IMG/VR virus record: IMGVR_UViG_3300046694_000136
Span: 1 to 64,000 of that record
Strand: one strand, 5' to 3'
Length of the DNA stretch: 64,000 nucleotides
Of the stretch, positions 26,187-35,890 are shown one piece after another (position 1 is the first letter of the stretch; each line of letters opens with the position of its first letter). Position numbers and translations under genes: made by a program. The notes under the pieces are model-generated. The model had not been told where the DNA came from. It searched no databases and saw only the letters and a list, made by a program, of their open reading frames with translations.

Positions 26187-29100
26187 TTAGTTCATCGACA
26201 CGTACCCATCCTTGTCACCACCGCCACTACTGCTCTTAGCGATAGTGTTACCTTCTTGAGCTGTCTTGACCAAGATCGCGAGCAACTGTTTAACCTCGTC
26301 GTCCGATTTCTTGTTCTGACCCACTATGTCCTTCAACCCAGACAACAGATCATTAACGACAGAACCGTCATGACCAGCCGCAGCGTTCCGTCGCTGGTTG
26401 GCATCGTATCCTTCCGGAGTCGCCTGAGGTTGCGGACCACGAGGGTCTTTAGGCAGAGGAAGGCCGGTGAGGTTAGGCTTACCTTGGAACTCGTCGTCAG
26501 GTTCACCCACACCTTCAGGCGCTTTAGGTTCACCCACTGGAGGAGGCGGAGGAGTAGGCATGGTCCTAGGTTGCTGTGGTACCTGTGGCTGTGCAGCTGG
26601 TGCTTCTGCCGCAGGCTCGCCAGTAGGAGCAGAACCACCCGGTTGCTGAGTAGGCTGTACCATCCCGCCACCTGCACCCGTTGTATCCTGTCCATTAGGT
26701 TGAGTCCCACCACTGGCTTGCAAGAACTTCTCAGCAGCCCCAGGTGTTTTAAACCCAGCGTGGATGTGACCACCCGTACCAATCGCAGTCTTCACCATGT
26801 ACTCGTTAATAACCGAATACTCCGACGGCGACAACCCAGCGCCGCGCATGATCTCAGTAACAATAGCTACAGCACGCTGACTTCCTTGAGCGCCCATTGT
26901 TAACGTAAAATCGGCAGCCAACCCTTTAGGGTGCAATCCCTTAGACCCTTTCTCAACATGGTAGCGGTCATTCAGTGCAGTAAATCGATTGAATCCAGGG
27001 ACTCGAGACTGAATGATTTTGCACAACGCTTCCAAGCCAGGGTGATGCGCTCCGCCACCAGTAGTTTCTTCACTCTTGAGAATGAGTCCGCTACCAGCAC
27101 CTGTGTTGGTGTAGTTGCCCTCGGTACCGTAGTTGGCAAAGTCACTGCCACCTTGAGGAGTACCTGAGTAAGCCCCACCTCCACCACCAGCAGGACCACC
27201 AGTATAAGCAGGCGCTCCTGTTGCTCCACCACCGTAGCTAGCCGGGGTCTTCATTTCAGAAGGACCAGTGCTCCCGTACATCTCAGTAGGAGTCTGGCTA
27301 CCCGAGTTCTCGGCCAAGAACTTATCGTCAGCACCCAAGGTTTTCTCTTGGATCTGTTTCAGATAGTCCATGTACAAGGCGTAACGCTTCTGCATATCCG
27401 GGAGTGCATTACCTCCGTTCAACCCAGCAGCAGCCTTACCGAAGTCACCGTCCTCAGAGATACCCCGCAACAGCTTGGAGTTCTTAAAGAAGGCAACTGC
27501 TACTTGTGCCATTACGTTTGGATCGGTACTCAGTAGTTCTGGCTTGTTGACCAGATCAATCCCCAGCTCCTTACCGTACTTCTCGTAGTTGGCTCGGCCA
27601 GTGAGTTGTACCATCCCTCGACCCCGGTACTTGTAACCATCACCCGGATCTTTGTTACCAAGGGACGCACCTTTACCACCACCGTAAACAGTGTTGGCAA
27701 TCTCGACCTCACCCATCGCGATCAGTTGCTTGGCTTGATCAATGGAGCGCACTTCCTTAAACACTTTCATCAGCTGTTCAGGAGTGGAGTACTTCATATT
27801 CTCCACAGTACGTTTGTAGCCACCCGTTTCGTAGTTAGTCAAAGCCAACATCTCAGCGATTGCTCGCGGATCTGTAAAGCCCTGCTTCATCATCTCACGG
27901 ATAACCAACTGTTCCGCCAGTTTCTTCGGAACAGATACACCACTGTCCTTACCTTGTTGGGCTGTTACACCCGACATGTCCAAGTGATCCGTACTACTAT
28001 CACCCGACATTGGTTGGAAGCCAAACTGGTTCTCAGGTGTTTTGAACGCGCCATTCAAACCGGAGATGTTGCCAGCTGGAGAACCGTTGGTACTGAACTG
28101 CCCACCTCGCATTGCATCGGCTCCAGTCTTGAACTGGGACGCATCTTGAGTGTTGGCGTACTTCTCGGTAAACCCACCGCCGGTCTTGTGAGGACTGATG
28201 GCATTAGCCCATGTTTGTGCGTTCGTTTTCCCTGCTTCCATTTCAGGGTCTTTCAAACGAGCGGTCACAGAGGCTTCGCTCAGGATCTGCAACATCTTGT
28301 CGACTTTATCCGAGCGATCAGGAGACGATCCGTCTTTAAACGGAGCAGCTCTGACATACCAGATACTGGTGATCAAACCAGCACCTACTTCTACCTTCGA
28401 ATCTACCAGCGCTTTAGCAATCTCATACCGTGCAGTGACCGAGAGTGATTTCCATACCACACCTGGACGACCTTTACGGTACTTGGCGACTTGGATCATG
28501 TAGTTCGTCAATACCGGAAGGAAACGGTCTTTGAACCACAGACACCAAGTTGGCGCATAGCCGGGCTCAGTTCGGAATGCATCTTTGAACTGAGGGAAGA
28601 GATCACCAATCTGACCAGTGAACTCTGCGGTATCCCCGTTAACTTTGAAATACTGTTCGCAATAGCGTTCGAGCTTAAGCACAGCCTCTACACGCCAAGG
28701 GATGTTCTCATCGTTACCATAGGCCGCCAAACGGATAGCCGTGAGCATGTCGATCGGACGACCGTCAGGGAGCATGTCCTTGACGAAGATCTCAGCAATG
28801 GCAGTACCCGCTTTGTACGCTTCGTTAAGCTTACCGATTTCACCCTGAACCTCATTCAACCTAGACTCAGCTTTGCTTCTACCAAACCAACCCTCAAATT
28901 CAGCATTAGGGTCACGCAGTTTGGTTTCCAGTCGAACCTTCTCCTGTTGCAGGGCTTCAACGCTAGCCCCTTTAACAGTCTCAACCGCAGCAAGTGGTTC
29001 AACACCAGCCAAACGGTCAGCGGTATCCGAGTTCTCCTTCAACTCAGTCAGATAGTTGTTAACCCGGATGATCGTAGTTTCACGTTCCAGGATTGGGTTT

Positions 29101-32100
29101 TCAGGATCTACCTTAGCAGTAATGGTGTACGGGAAAGGAACCAACAGACTGATAGCTTCATGAGTCTGCTTAGCCACTCGGTAGACATCACCGTTGCGCA
29201 GCTTGTCGTAGTCTTTGAGAGACTTGATCTTGACGACGTCCAAGCAGGCCATATACGTCATGAATACTGGCTTGAATCGACCGTTAAACCAAGACAGGGC
29301 ATCACTCACCCCTTTCTTGTCCGGAATAGTCCCAGTGAGCATTTGAACAACTTTGTCAATGGGAGCACTCTGCGACAGACTAGCCTTACCGTTACCTATC
29401 ACTACATACTCGGTCAACATCTCCTCAATTTGCAGAAGCTTCTCAGCCAGATCACCGTTAGGGTCAGAAAGACCGTACTGGGTCATGCGAATCAGGAACT
29501 GTCTAGGCTGCATGGCTTTAACCAACTGCCAACTCTTGTACATAGTCCCGCCAACAATCGCGGCACCAACAGCAACAGGAGCTGACAACAACCCACCGAT
29601 CACAGCAGGCAATGCACGGAGACCAGCCATCGCCATGGAACCAACCGTTCCACCGCCACCGATACCCATCCACTTGAGTGCAGTCAAGCCCATCTGACCA
29701 ACGCCAATAGCAGTAACTGCGTTACCGGCGTAATCCAGAGTCTGACCCATCCCGCTGTCTTTATCGATGTAACCAGCTTCCATCGCTGCGTTAGCCGCGG
29801 AGCTGATCCCTAGACCCAGACCAACCTTACCGAGACCACCGCCCAGACCACCCAGTACCCCACCAGGACCACCACCAATACCACCGGCTTTAATCAAGGC
29901 AACGATACCACTACCGATAGCACCAATCCCTGTCAGTAGTTTAGGGAACGTCCGTAGACCGAAGGACGCAAAGCTGAACAGAGTGCTCAAGCCTCTCCAG
30001 AGGATCCCGCTGGTGAAGAAGCTAGTCAGTTGCCCAATACCAGTAGCAATGCCACCGATCATGGAGCCTATCATCGCAAAGAGACCTTTAGGACGTTCCT
30101 TCTGCTCCTGACCTCTTTGTTCACCGAAGCCAAAGTTCTTGGCGATCTCGATGATAGCGTCTTGAACTTCTTCCTCCTTCTTCATGTACTCTTTGTTCTT
30201 CTTGTCCGCCAGCGAGTTCAAACGATCAGGGTCGTTGGTATCAGCCGGTTTATCAGCCTCTTCCCCGTTCATCTCTTTCTGACGGTCTTCATAACGCTTA
30301 CGGTACTTCTCCACCTCATCAGCCATGAGCGGGAAGCGCTTCTTCATATCGTCGTAATCCCGCTTGAAGATCCACGTCCGAGGAGGTGCATCATCAGGAG
30401 CGTCAGCAGGAGTGATGATAGGCTTAGGCGGTTCTGCTTCAGGACCCCCTTCCGGAGTAGGAGTCTTGAACGGCATCGGTCCTACGAAATCAGGAGCAGG
30501 GGTTTGACGACGCAACTTAAGAAGCTTACGACGTGCTACCAGATCTTCTTCCGACTCTTTAGGCGTTCCGTCCATTGCCTCTGGGTTAACAGGAACCGTG
30601 ATATCACTTTCCGGTGTAGGGAAAGGACCCGGTGCAGGAGGACCCATGACTGGAGCAGGGATAGGTGCATCAGGATCCGTTGGAGGAACATACCCCTCGT
30701 AACCCCAGTGACTCAGCAGCAAGTTGTAGATGCGGTCAACCGCACTCACGATAGGGGTGTAGTCAGCCTTCAAGGCTCCCTTCCCTTTGTCCATCGCTTT
30801 CTTGGCCCAAGGCATTGCGTGTTCCTTAGCCTTGTTGAAAAGATCGAGACCCCACTTCTTAGCTACCTGAGCGCCTTTACCCAGTTTGTTGATGTTCAAA
30901 CCCATCGAGGTCTTCAGGCCAGCGTCGTACTCTTCTTCCGTAATGAGCACACTGCCATTCTTGTCGTAGACTGCACCAGTGATCTCGTTCCAACCACTGA
31001 TCGAGACGAAGTTACCGTCACTGTCTTTGACGTAGTAATGACCTTTACTGAAACGGTTACCGTAGAGGGCAGGTTCACTCTCACCTTCCACGTACACATC
31101 CATTTGGTAGAACCGCTCAGCGACCTTACCCATCATCCCTTTAATACGACCAACTGGATCAAACCACTTGAAGGCTTTAACCATCAGGTCACGGACTTTA
31201 CTTAACCCAGCCAAGAAGACTTCCTTGTTGTCTTCAGTGAAGAGTTTGTTAGCCAAACGTTTAGCACCAATAACGGTGTTGTTCGACAAGTCCATCACAG
31301 CGCCTGTGATGGCATCCCACGTATCAATCGCCTTACCGGTAAGCTGATCGTAGTAATCGCCACGACGGAGCTTCCAGGCCTCCAGGATCGGTATATCAGA
31401 CCCTTCCTCGTAAAGGTCTTGGTCATCCATTGCTTTACGAGCCAATGCCATGGAACGGAACTTCCCGTAAGCCATTGCCACTGCAATACCGCCACCTGCA
31501 ATAGCCGCTGCTTTAGGGTTGTAGATCGCCATACCAGCCAAACCACCCAACAGTCCACCCAGTACCAGCGGTTCGTGTTTGAGGAGGGTATCCATGCCCT
31601 TGTTGAAGATGTCCTTGAAGCTGGTTTGTTTCAGGCGATCCAGAATCGAGAGCTTCTCAGCCTTGACTTCAGCACTTTCTGTTTCGTCCAACTTATCTTC
31701 AGCCGCTACAGTCTTGGCTTCCAAGATCTTCAACAACGTACCGTTCCGGTCAGTTGCCAAAGTCACCAAGGTTTCCAGCTGAGCGTTAGTACGGTCAATC
31801 CGCTCACCCAGCTTATCGACGTAAGAGCCGATGTTGGTAGAACGGCCGTCCAACAGAGTCGACTTGGTGTTCTCAGCTACCTGATCCATCGAAGCTTTCA
31901 TAGCCTTCATGGTTTCCTGGAACTCATCCGGAGCATCAGGACCTGTTACGTCAGGGGTAGGTTTAGGACCTATAGGAGCGACGTCAGCATCAGGGGTAGG
32001 GAAAGGGTTGCCAAAGGAACGCGTGCGGCGGTACGGCTCTGCCTGAGGGTCAGGACGGGTGATACGCTTGTTCGGGTCGTTAACGAACTGTTGGAACAGC

Positions 32101-34235
32101 TCCCAGACCTTATCCTCGTCCATCCGATCACGACCATACTCAGTCTTGGTCATTCCCCATTCTTTCATCAGGTCATGATAGCCGCTGTTCCGTGCGACAT
32201 CGATGTTACCTGCCAAGTCAGGAGCGAAGTTACCCAAACGGATCGCTTCATCAATGATCTTAGCCGCCAGTTCCCGACCAGACTCAGTTGGGAGGTAGGT
32301 AAGCTTGGCTTTACGCTGAACGTGGTCACCTTCCTTGAACTCATCGAAGATCTCATCCGTGATCCCGAAGTTACGTTGCATCAATCCACGGATCTCAGCA
32401 GCGTCGTTAGGGTTAAGGTGAGGAAGCTCCATGTAGTTGTACGGACTGAACCCTTTCTTACGGTCTGCCTGCTTAGCCATTTCCATAGCCAAAGCGTTAG
32501 CAGCCGATTCAGTCAGCTCCTTATTGGGATCCAACTGCTTAGAAGTACGCAATGCCATGTCAGCATAGTTACGGAAGTCGTTCTGCTGAAAGGTACGGTT
32601 AAACGCATCCGATACCTTTTGACGATGGTCGATCAACTTACCCCGAACATAGTCGTAAGACCGTGCTTTAAGGGTGTCATCACCAGTACGGATCTTTTCC
32701 AGACTCAGTTCAATCGCGCCCAGCAAAGCAGGGATTGCTTCGTTAAGGGTACGGGAGTCCTGACGACGCCAGACCTCAGCCTCAAAGTTATCCTTCAAGG
32801 TACGACGTTGCAGGTTGTACTGAGTAGCGGTGCTGGAGTACATGTCGTCCAACACAGCAGATGTACCCTTGTTGACCGCATTGCGGGCAAAGGTCTTCAT
32901 CTTCCACTCGTACTTACCCATTGGTTTACCTTCGCCAGTGTGCTGGTCCAGGTAATCCTCGTACGTCATGTCGTCGTCTTGATAGAAATCATTCTTGTTG
33001 AAATCCACCAAGGTGTTAGCCATACCTTCAAGGTTAGCCAACCCGTAGTTCGTCACGTTACCCAAGTCTTCCAGACGAATGTAAGCATCTTCTGCTTTCT
33101 TCGCTGCTTCAGGGAAACGTTTCTTAAGCTTGTCCAGCGCAGCTTTCGCTTTACCGGTACGGAGCAGTCTAGGAAGGCTGCTAATGAACATACCAGCGGC
33201 AGCGTTACCCATCATGCTACCGAAGTTGAAGTCCATCCCCTCGGTCATCTCAAGGGCCATGCGGAGGCTGCTGGCAATCTCACCAACACTACCTACTGCA
33301 TCACTGCGAGCTGATTTACCAAAACGCTCACTGAAGTAATCCGCAACGCCACCGAACTGTCCTTTAACAGTAGTGAACACCGAGTCACGAATGCTCTTCT
33401 TAGCCGCTTGACTGTGAGTGGTCTTCTCGTAATCAGACTTAGCCGAGTTAGTCGCAATAGCTTTCAACTCACGGATGATGCGGTGGTTGGAAGCTTCTTG
33501 GAACTTGTAGTACTTGCTATCGGTCAAGAACGAACGAGCAGCCAGAGTCAAACGCATGGCATCGTTACGAGCCTGTACCTTGCGCTGGTAATCCAGGATC
33601 CCTTCCAAGAGCATGTTGCTCCGGACGAGTTGCTGGTTCATGACGGTCAGGCCACCGATGGTACGACCACCAATCTCTGCCATCATACCAATCTGTGCAT
33701 TACCAACATCTACTGCTGTTTCACGCTCAGCGATAGAGTTAGCGCCCGCTTGGTCGACGACGTCATTAACTTCGCCTTCCTCAACGGTTTGCATGGAGTC
33801 AGGGGTGTCGCTACGGTTACCTCCAGTGTTCTCCCAGCTGCTGTAATCGTTCTTACTGAACTCGATTAAACCGCCGGCGATTTTATTAGGAAAGGATTTC
33901 TGAAGCCTTTCACCCGCACGTCTGGCCAGATACTGAAGGTCGTCCATCGACCCGTGGATCTCGCCCTGTAACTCTCGGGTCAGTTCACGACGCTTACGGT
34001 TCAGTTGGTCCAGTGTATTGAAGGCACGGGTCCAAGTTTTTGGAAGCACCATCTTCAGGGTATCGATACGAGCATCCGTATCCCCAACGGTCTTTTCTAC
34101 GACGCCAGACAGAAAGCCAGTAGCAAAAGATCGGATGAAACCATGCTTCTCTGCTTTATCAAAATCTGAATCGAAGTCAATATCCCCATCAAAGGGATCA
34201 TTGCCCCAATCATAGTTGCCAACGTCATCAGCCAT
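26187..34235 (-). CDS. giant tail-associated / tape-measure protein with peptidoglycan hydrolase domains (phiKZ gp181-like)
   Basis: 2682 aa; Gly-rich hydrophobic segments; duplicated D-x-Y-x-x-G-x-x-x-P-x-L repeat; GH19 motifs NYETGG and YRGRGMVQLTGRANY; M15-like HPKGLAAD and GGHIH; adjacent to vRNAP genes. Confidence 0.85.
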   Translation of the reverse strand: MADDVGNYDWGNDPFDGDIDFDSDFDKAEKHGFIRSFATGFLSGVVEKTVGDTDARIDTLKMVLPKTWTRAFNTLDQLNRKRRELTRELQGEIHGSMDDLQYLARRAGERLQKSFPNKIAGGLIEFSKNDYSSWENTGGNRSDTPDSMQTVEEGEVNDVVDQAGANSIAERETAVDVGNAQIGMMAEIGGRTIGGLTVMNQQLVRSNMLLEGILDYQRKVQARNDAMRLTLAARSFLTDSKYYKFQEASNHRIIRELKAIATNSAKSDYEKTTHSQAAKKSIRDSVFTTVKGQFGGVADYFSERFGKSARSDAVGSVGEIASSLRMALEMTEGMDFNFGSMMGNAAAGMFISSLPRLLRTGKAKAALDKLKKRFPEAAKKAEDAYIRLEDLGNVTNYGLANLEGMANTLVDFNKNDFYQDDDMTYEDYLDQHTGEGKPMGKYEWKMKTFARNAVNKGTSAVLDDMYSSTATQYNLQRRTLKDNFEAEVWRRQDSRTLNEAIPALLGAIELSLEKIRTGDDTLKARSYDYVRGKLIDHRQKVSDAFNRTFQQNDFRNYADMALRTSKQLDPNKELTESAANALAMEMAKQADRKKGFSPYNYMELPHLNPNDAAEIRGLMQRNFGITDEIFDEFKEGDHVQRKAKLTYLPTESGRELAAKIIDEAIRLGNFAPDLAGNIDVARNSGYHDLMKEWGMTKTEYGRDRMDEDKVWELFQQFVNDPNKRITRPDPQAEPYRRTRSFGNPFPTPDADVAPIGPKPTPDVTGPDAPDEFQETMKAMKASMDQVAENTKSTLLDGRSTNIGSYVDKLGERIDRTNAQLETLVTLATDRNGTLLKILEAKTVAAEDKLDETESAEVKAEKLSILDRLKQTSFKDIFNKGMDTLLKHEPLVLGGLLGGLAGMAIYNPKAAAIAGGGIAVAMAYGKFRSMALARKAMDDQDLYEEGSDIPILEAWKLRRGDYYDQLTGKAIDTWDAITGAVMDLSNNTVIGAKRLANKLFTEDNKEVFLAGLSKVRDLMVKAFKWFDPVGRIKGMMGKVAERFYQMDVYVEGESEPALYGNRFSKGHYYVKDSDGNFVSISGWNEITGAVYDKNGSVLITEEEYDAGLKTSMGLNINKLGKGAQVAKKWGLDLFNKAKEHAMPWAKKAMDKGKGALKADYTPIVSAVDRIYNLLLSHWGYEGYVPPTDPDAPIPAPVMGPPAPGPFPTPESDITVPVNPEAMDGTPKESEEDLVARRKLLKLRRQTPAPDFVGPMPFKTPTPEGGPEAEPPKPIITPADAPDDAPPRTWIFKRDYDDMKKRFPLMADEVEKYRKRYEDRQKEMNGEEADKPADTNDPDRLNSLADKKNKEYMKKEEEVQDAIIEIAKNFGFGEQRGQEQKERPKGLFAMIGSMIGGIATGIGQLTSFFTSGILWRGLSTLFSFASFGLRTFPKLLTGIGAIGSGIVALIKAGGIGGGPGGVLGGLGGGLGKVGLGLGISSAANAAMEAGYIDKDSGMGQTLDYAGNAVTAIGVGQMGLTALKWMGIGGGGTVGSMAMAGLRALPAVIGGLLSAPVAVGAAIVGGTMYKSWQLVKAMQPRQFLIRMTQYGLSDPNGDLAEKLLQIEEMLTEYVVIGNGKASLSQSAPIDKVVQMLTGTIPDKKGVSDALSWFNGRFKPVFMTYMACLDVVKIKSLKDYDKLRNGDVYRVAKQTHEAISLLVPFPYTITAKVDPENPILERETTIIRVNNYLTELKENSDTADRLAGVEPLAAVETVKGASVEALQQEKVRLETKLRDPNAEFEGWFGRSKAESRLNEVQGEIGKLNEAYKAGTAIAEIFVKDMLPDGRPIDMLTAIRLAAYGNDENIPWRVEAVLKLERYCEQYFKVNGDTAEFTGQIGDLFPQFKDAFRTEPGYAPTWCLWFKDRFLPVLTNYMIQVAKYRKGRPGVVWKSLSVTARYEIAKALVDSKVEVGAGLITSIWYVRAAPFKDGSSPDRSDKVDKMLQILSEASVTARLKDPEMEAGKTNAQTWANAISPHKTGGGFTEKYANTQDASQFKTGADAMRGGQFSTNGSPAGNISGLNGAFKTPENQFGFQPMSGDSSTDHLDMSGVTAQQGKDSGVSVPKKLAEQLVIREMMKQGFTDPRAIAEMLALTNYETGGYKRTVENMKYSTPEQLMKVFKEVRSIDQAKQLIAMGEVEIANTVYGGGKGASLGNKDPGDGYKYRGRGMVQLTGRANYEKYGKELGIDLVNKPELLSTDPNVMAQVAVAFFKNSKLLRGISEDGDFGKAAAGLNGGNALPDMQKRYALYMDYLKQIQEKTLGADDKFLAENSGSQTPTEMYGSTGPSEMKTPASYGGGATGAPAYTGGPAGGGGGAYSGTPQGGSDFANYGTEGNYTNTGAGSGLILKSEETTGGGAHHPGLEALCKIIQSRVPGFNRFTALNDRYHVEKGSKGLHPKGLAADFTLTMGAQGSQRAVAIVTEIMRGAGLSPSEYSVINEYMVKTAIGTGGHIHAGFKTPGAAEKFLQASGGTQPNGQDTTGAGGGMVQPTQQPGGSAPTGEPAAEAPAAQPQVPQQPRTMPTPPPPPVGEPKAPEGVGEPDDEFQGKPNLTGLPLPKDPRGPQPQATPEGYDANQRRNAAAGHDGSVVNDLLSGLKDIVGQNKKSDDEVKQLLAILVKTAQEGNTIAKSSSGGGDKDGYVSMN

Positions 34236-34264
34236 GTTGGTTATTCTCTTTAAAGGATAAAGTA

Positions 34265-35890
34265 ATGAAGCCCACTAACTTAACACTCTTAGACCCCCGG
34301 ACGATTGTCCCGGGTGTCTTTAAACCTATTACGTCCACTGACGCGTTCGAAGGGATGACCCAGAACCTCAACGACGACGGTTTGTATTCCATTGAAATCT
34401 TTGGGAAAGTAGGGAGTAAGGAGCGGGATAAGACTGAAGCTTACATTGACGTAAAGCTCCCTATCTTCAACCCTACTTACCTCAAAGCCCTCATTTTGGT
34501 GAAAGCACTTTACCAAGGAATTTTGAGAGGTGCGGAATACGCCGTCTTCGACGAGGAGAAGGGTGATTTCATAAAATCGAACATCCTCGAAGGGGAGTCC
34601 GGTTTTTCTTTCTTTGTCCGTAAATTAAAGGAGATTGTTTTCAGCACGACTGCTTCGTATAAGCGTGGTCAGCGTGTAAAACTCTTGATTGATTTCCGTG
34701 ACATTGCGATGACTGACAAGGTGTTGGTTATCCCTGCTGGTCTGCGTGATATTCAGTTCGGGGCTAACGGTGCTCCTACTGAACCGGAGATCACAGAGCT
34801 CTATCGCGCACTGATCTTCCGTACTCGGGTAATCCTCGGTGGTAAGGGTGATTCCGAGAACCCTCTCTACGACAGCGTCCGGTGGGGTGTGCAGACTGCG
34901 TTCAACGATATCGACCAATACCTCTTCGACCTGTTACAAGGCAAGGGCGGTATTCTCCAGCGTCGTATGTCGACACGTGGTGTGGTAGGCGGTACTCGTA
35001 ACGTTATTACTGCTCGTAAAGTCAGCCGTAAGAACCTGAAGGCTCCAATGCTGGTTTCACCTAACTCGGTGGACATGGGCCTCTTCCAAGGCTTGCTGAA
35101 CTATCAGTACGTCTGTGCTCACGGTGTCATGAACGAATACCTAACGAACGTCTTCACTATTGGTAACCAAAGCGCCAAGTTGGTGAACAAGAAGACATTG
35201 GAGTTTGAATACGTTGAAGTAGCCCCGGCTATCGTGGACAAGTGGACCACCTTTACTGGGATCAACAAACTCTTCAACGGTTTCGCTGACGCTTCGATTC
35301 GTAACAAAGAGATTGTTATTGACCATCGGTTCCTCATGCTGGTTTACGATGACGGTACTGATGTGTGTGTTCTGCATGACATCAACGATCTCCCTGAAGG
35401 TAAGGACAAGAAGTTCGTTAAACCTATTACCTACATGGAGTTCTTCTACCTCAGCTGCTACAAAGCGATTGGGGATCAGGTGAGTCAGCAGACACGTTAC
35501 CCGATTATTGGTATTGGTTCGATCTTCCCTGCTGCGGTGAACCTTATCACAACCGAAGGTGCTGGCTCCCGGACTATCCGTGATCCGTACGACTGGTCTG
35601 AGCGTGATGTGTGTCACTCGTACCCGTCTCGTCGTGATAAGCAGGACTTCTTCGACGCAATGTCGGTTGACCCGTCTCGTGAAGCCGGCCTCGACTCTGA
35701 CCACGACGGCGACCAATTGAACAGTAACTCGGTCTGTGCAGAAGACAGTAAGGAACAAGTTAAGGAGTTGTTCGGTAAGCGTTCATACTACATCAGCGGG
35801 ACTGGACGTTTCCTGTACGACCCTATTAACGAACCCATTCAATTCATGTTTAAATCTGCTACCAGTGGGTTAGAAGGACTTGAGCAATGA
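34265..35890 (+). CDS. virion RNA polymerase beta' middle (catalytic) subunit (phiKZ gp180-like)
   Basis: VLVIPAGLRD, TRYP and the catalytic DxDGD loop (DSDHDGD). Confidence 0.9.
   Translation: MKPTNLTLLDPRTIVPGVFKPITSTDAFEGMTQNLNDDGLYSIEIFGKVGSKERDKTEAYIDVKLPIFNPTYLKALILVKALYQGILRGAEYAVFDEEKGDFIKSNILEGESGFSFFVRKLKEIVFSTTASYKRGQRVKLLIDFRDIAMTDKVLVIPAGLRDIQFGANGAPTEPEITELYRALIFRTRVILGGKGDSENPLYDSVRWGVQTAFNDIDQYLFDLLQGKGGILQRRMSTRGVVGGTRNVITARKVSRKNLKAPMLVSPNSVDMGLFQGLLNYQYVCAHGVMNEYLTNVFTIGNQSAKLVNKKTLEFEYVEVAPAIVDKWTTFTGINKLFNGFADASIRNKEIVIDHRFLMLVYDDGTDVCVLHDINDLPEGKDKKFVKPITYMEFFYLSCYKAIGDQVSQQTRYPIIGIGSIFPAAVNLITTEGAGSRTIRDPYDWSERDVCHSYPSRRDKQDFFDAMSVDPSREAGLDSDHDGDQLNSNSVCAEDSKEQVKELFGKRSYYISGTGRFLYDPINEPIQFMFKSATSGLEGLEQ

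Noticed and set aside
26333-26782. 149-aa alternative-frame ORF inside the Pro-rich end of the tail protein
   Set aside because: The Leu/Val richness follows from T-ending Pro/Ala/Thr codons; I saw no convincing SD and no distortion of host-frame codon use, unlike 36851..37129.
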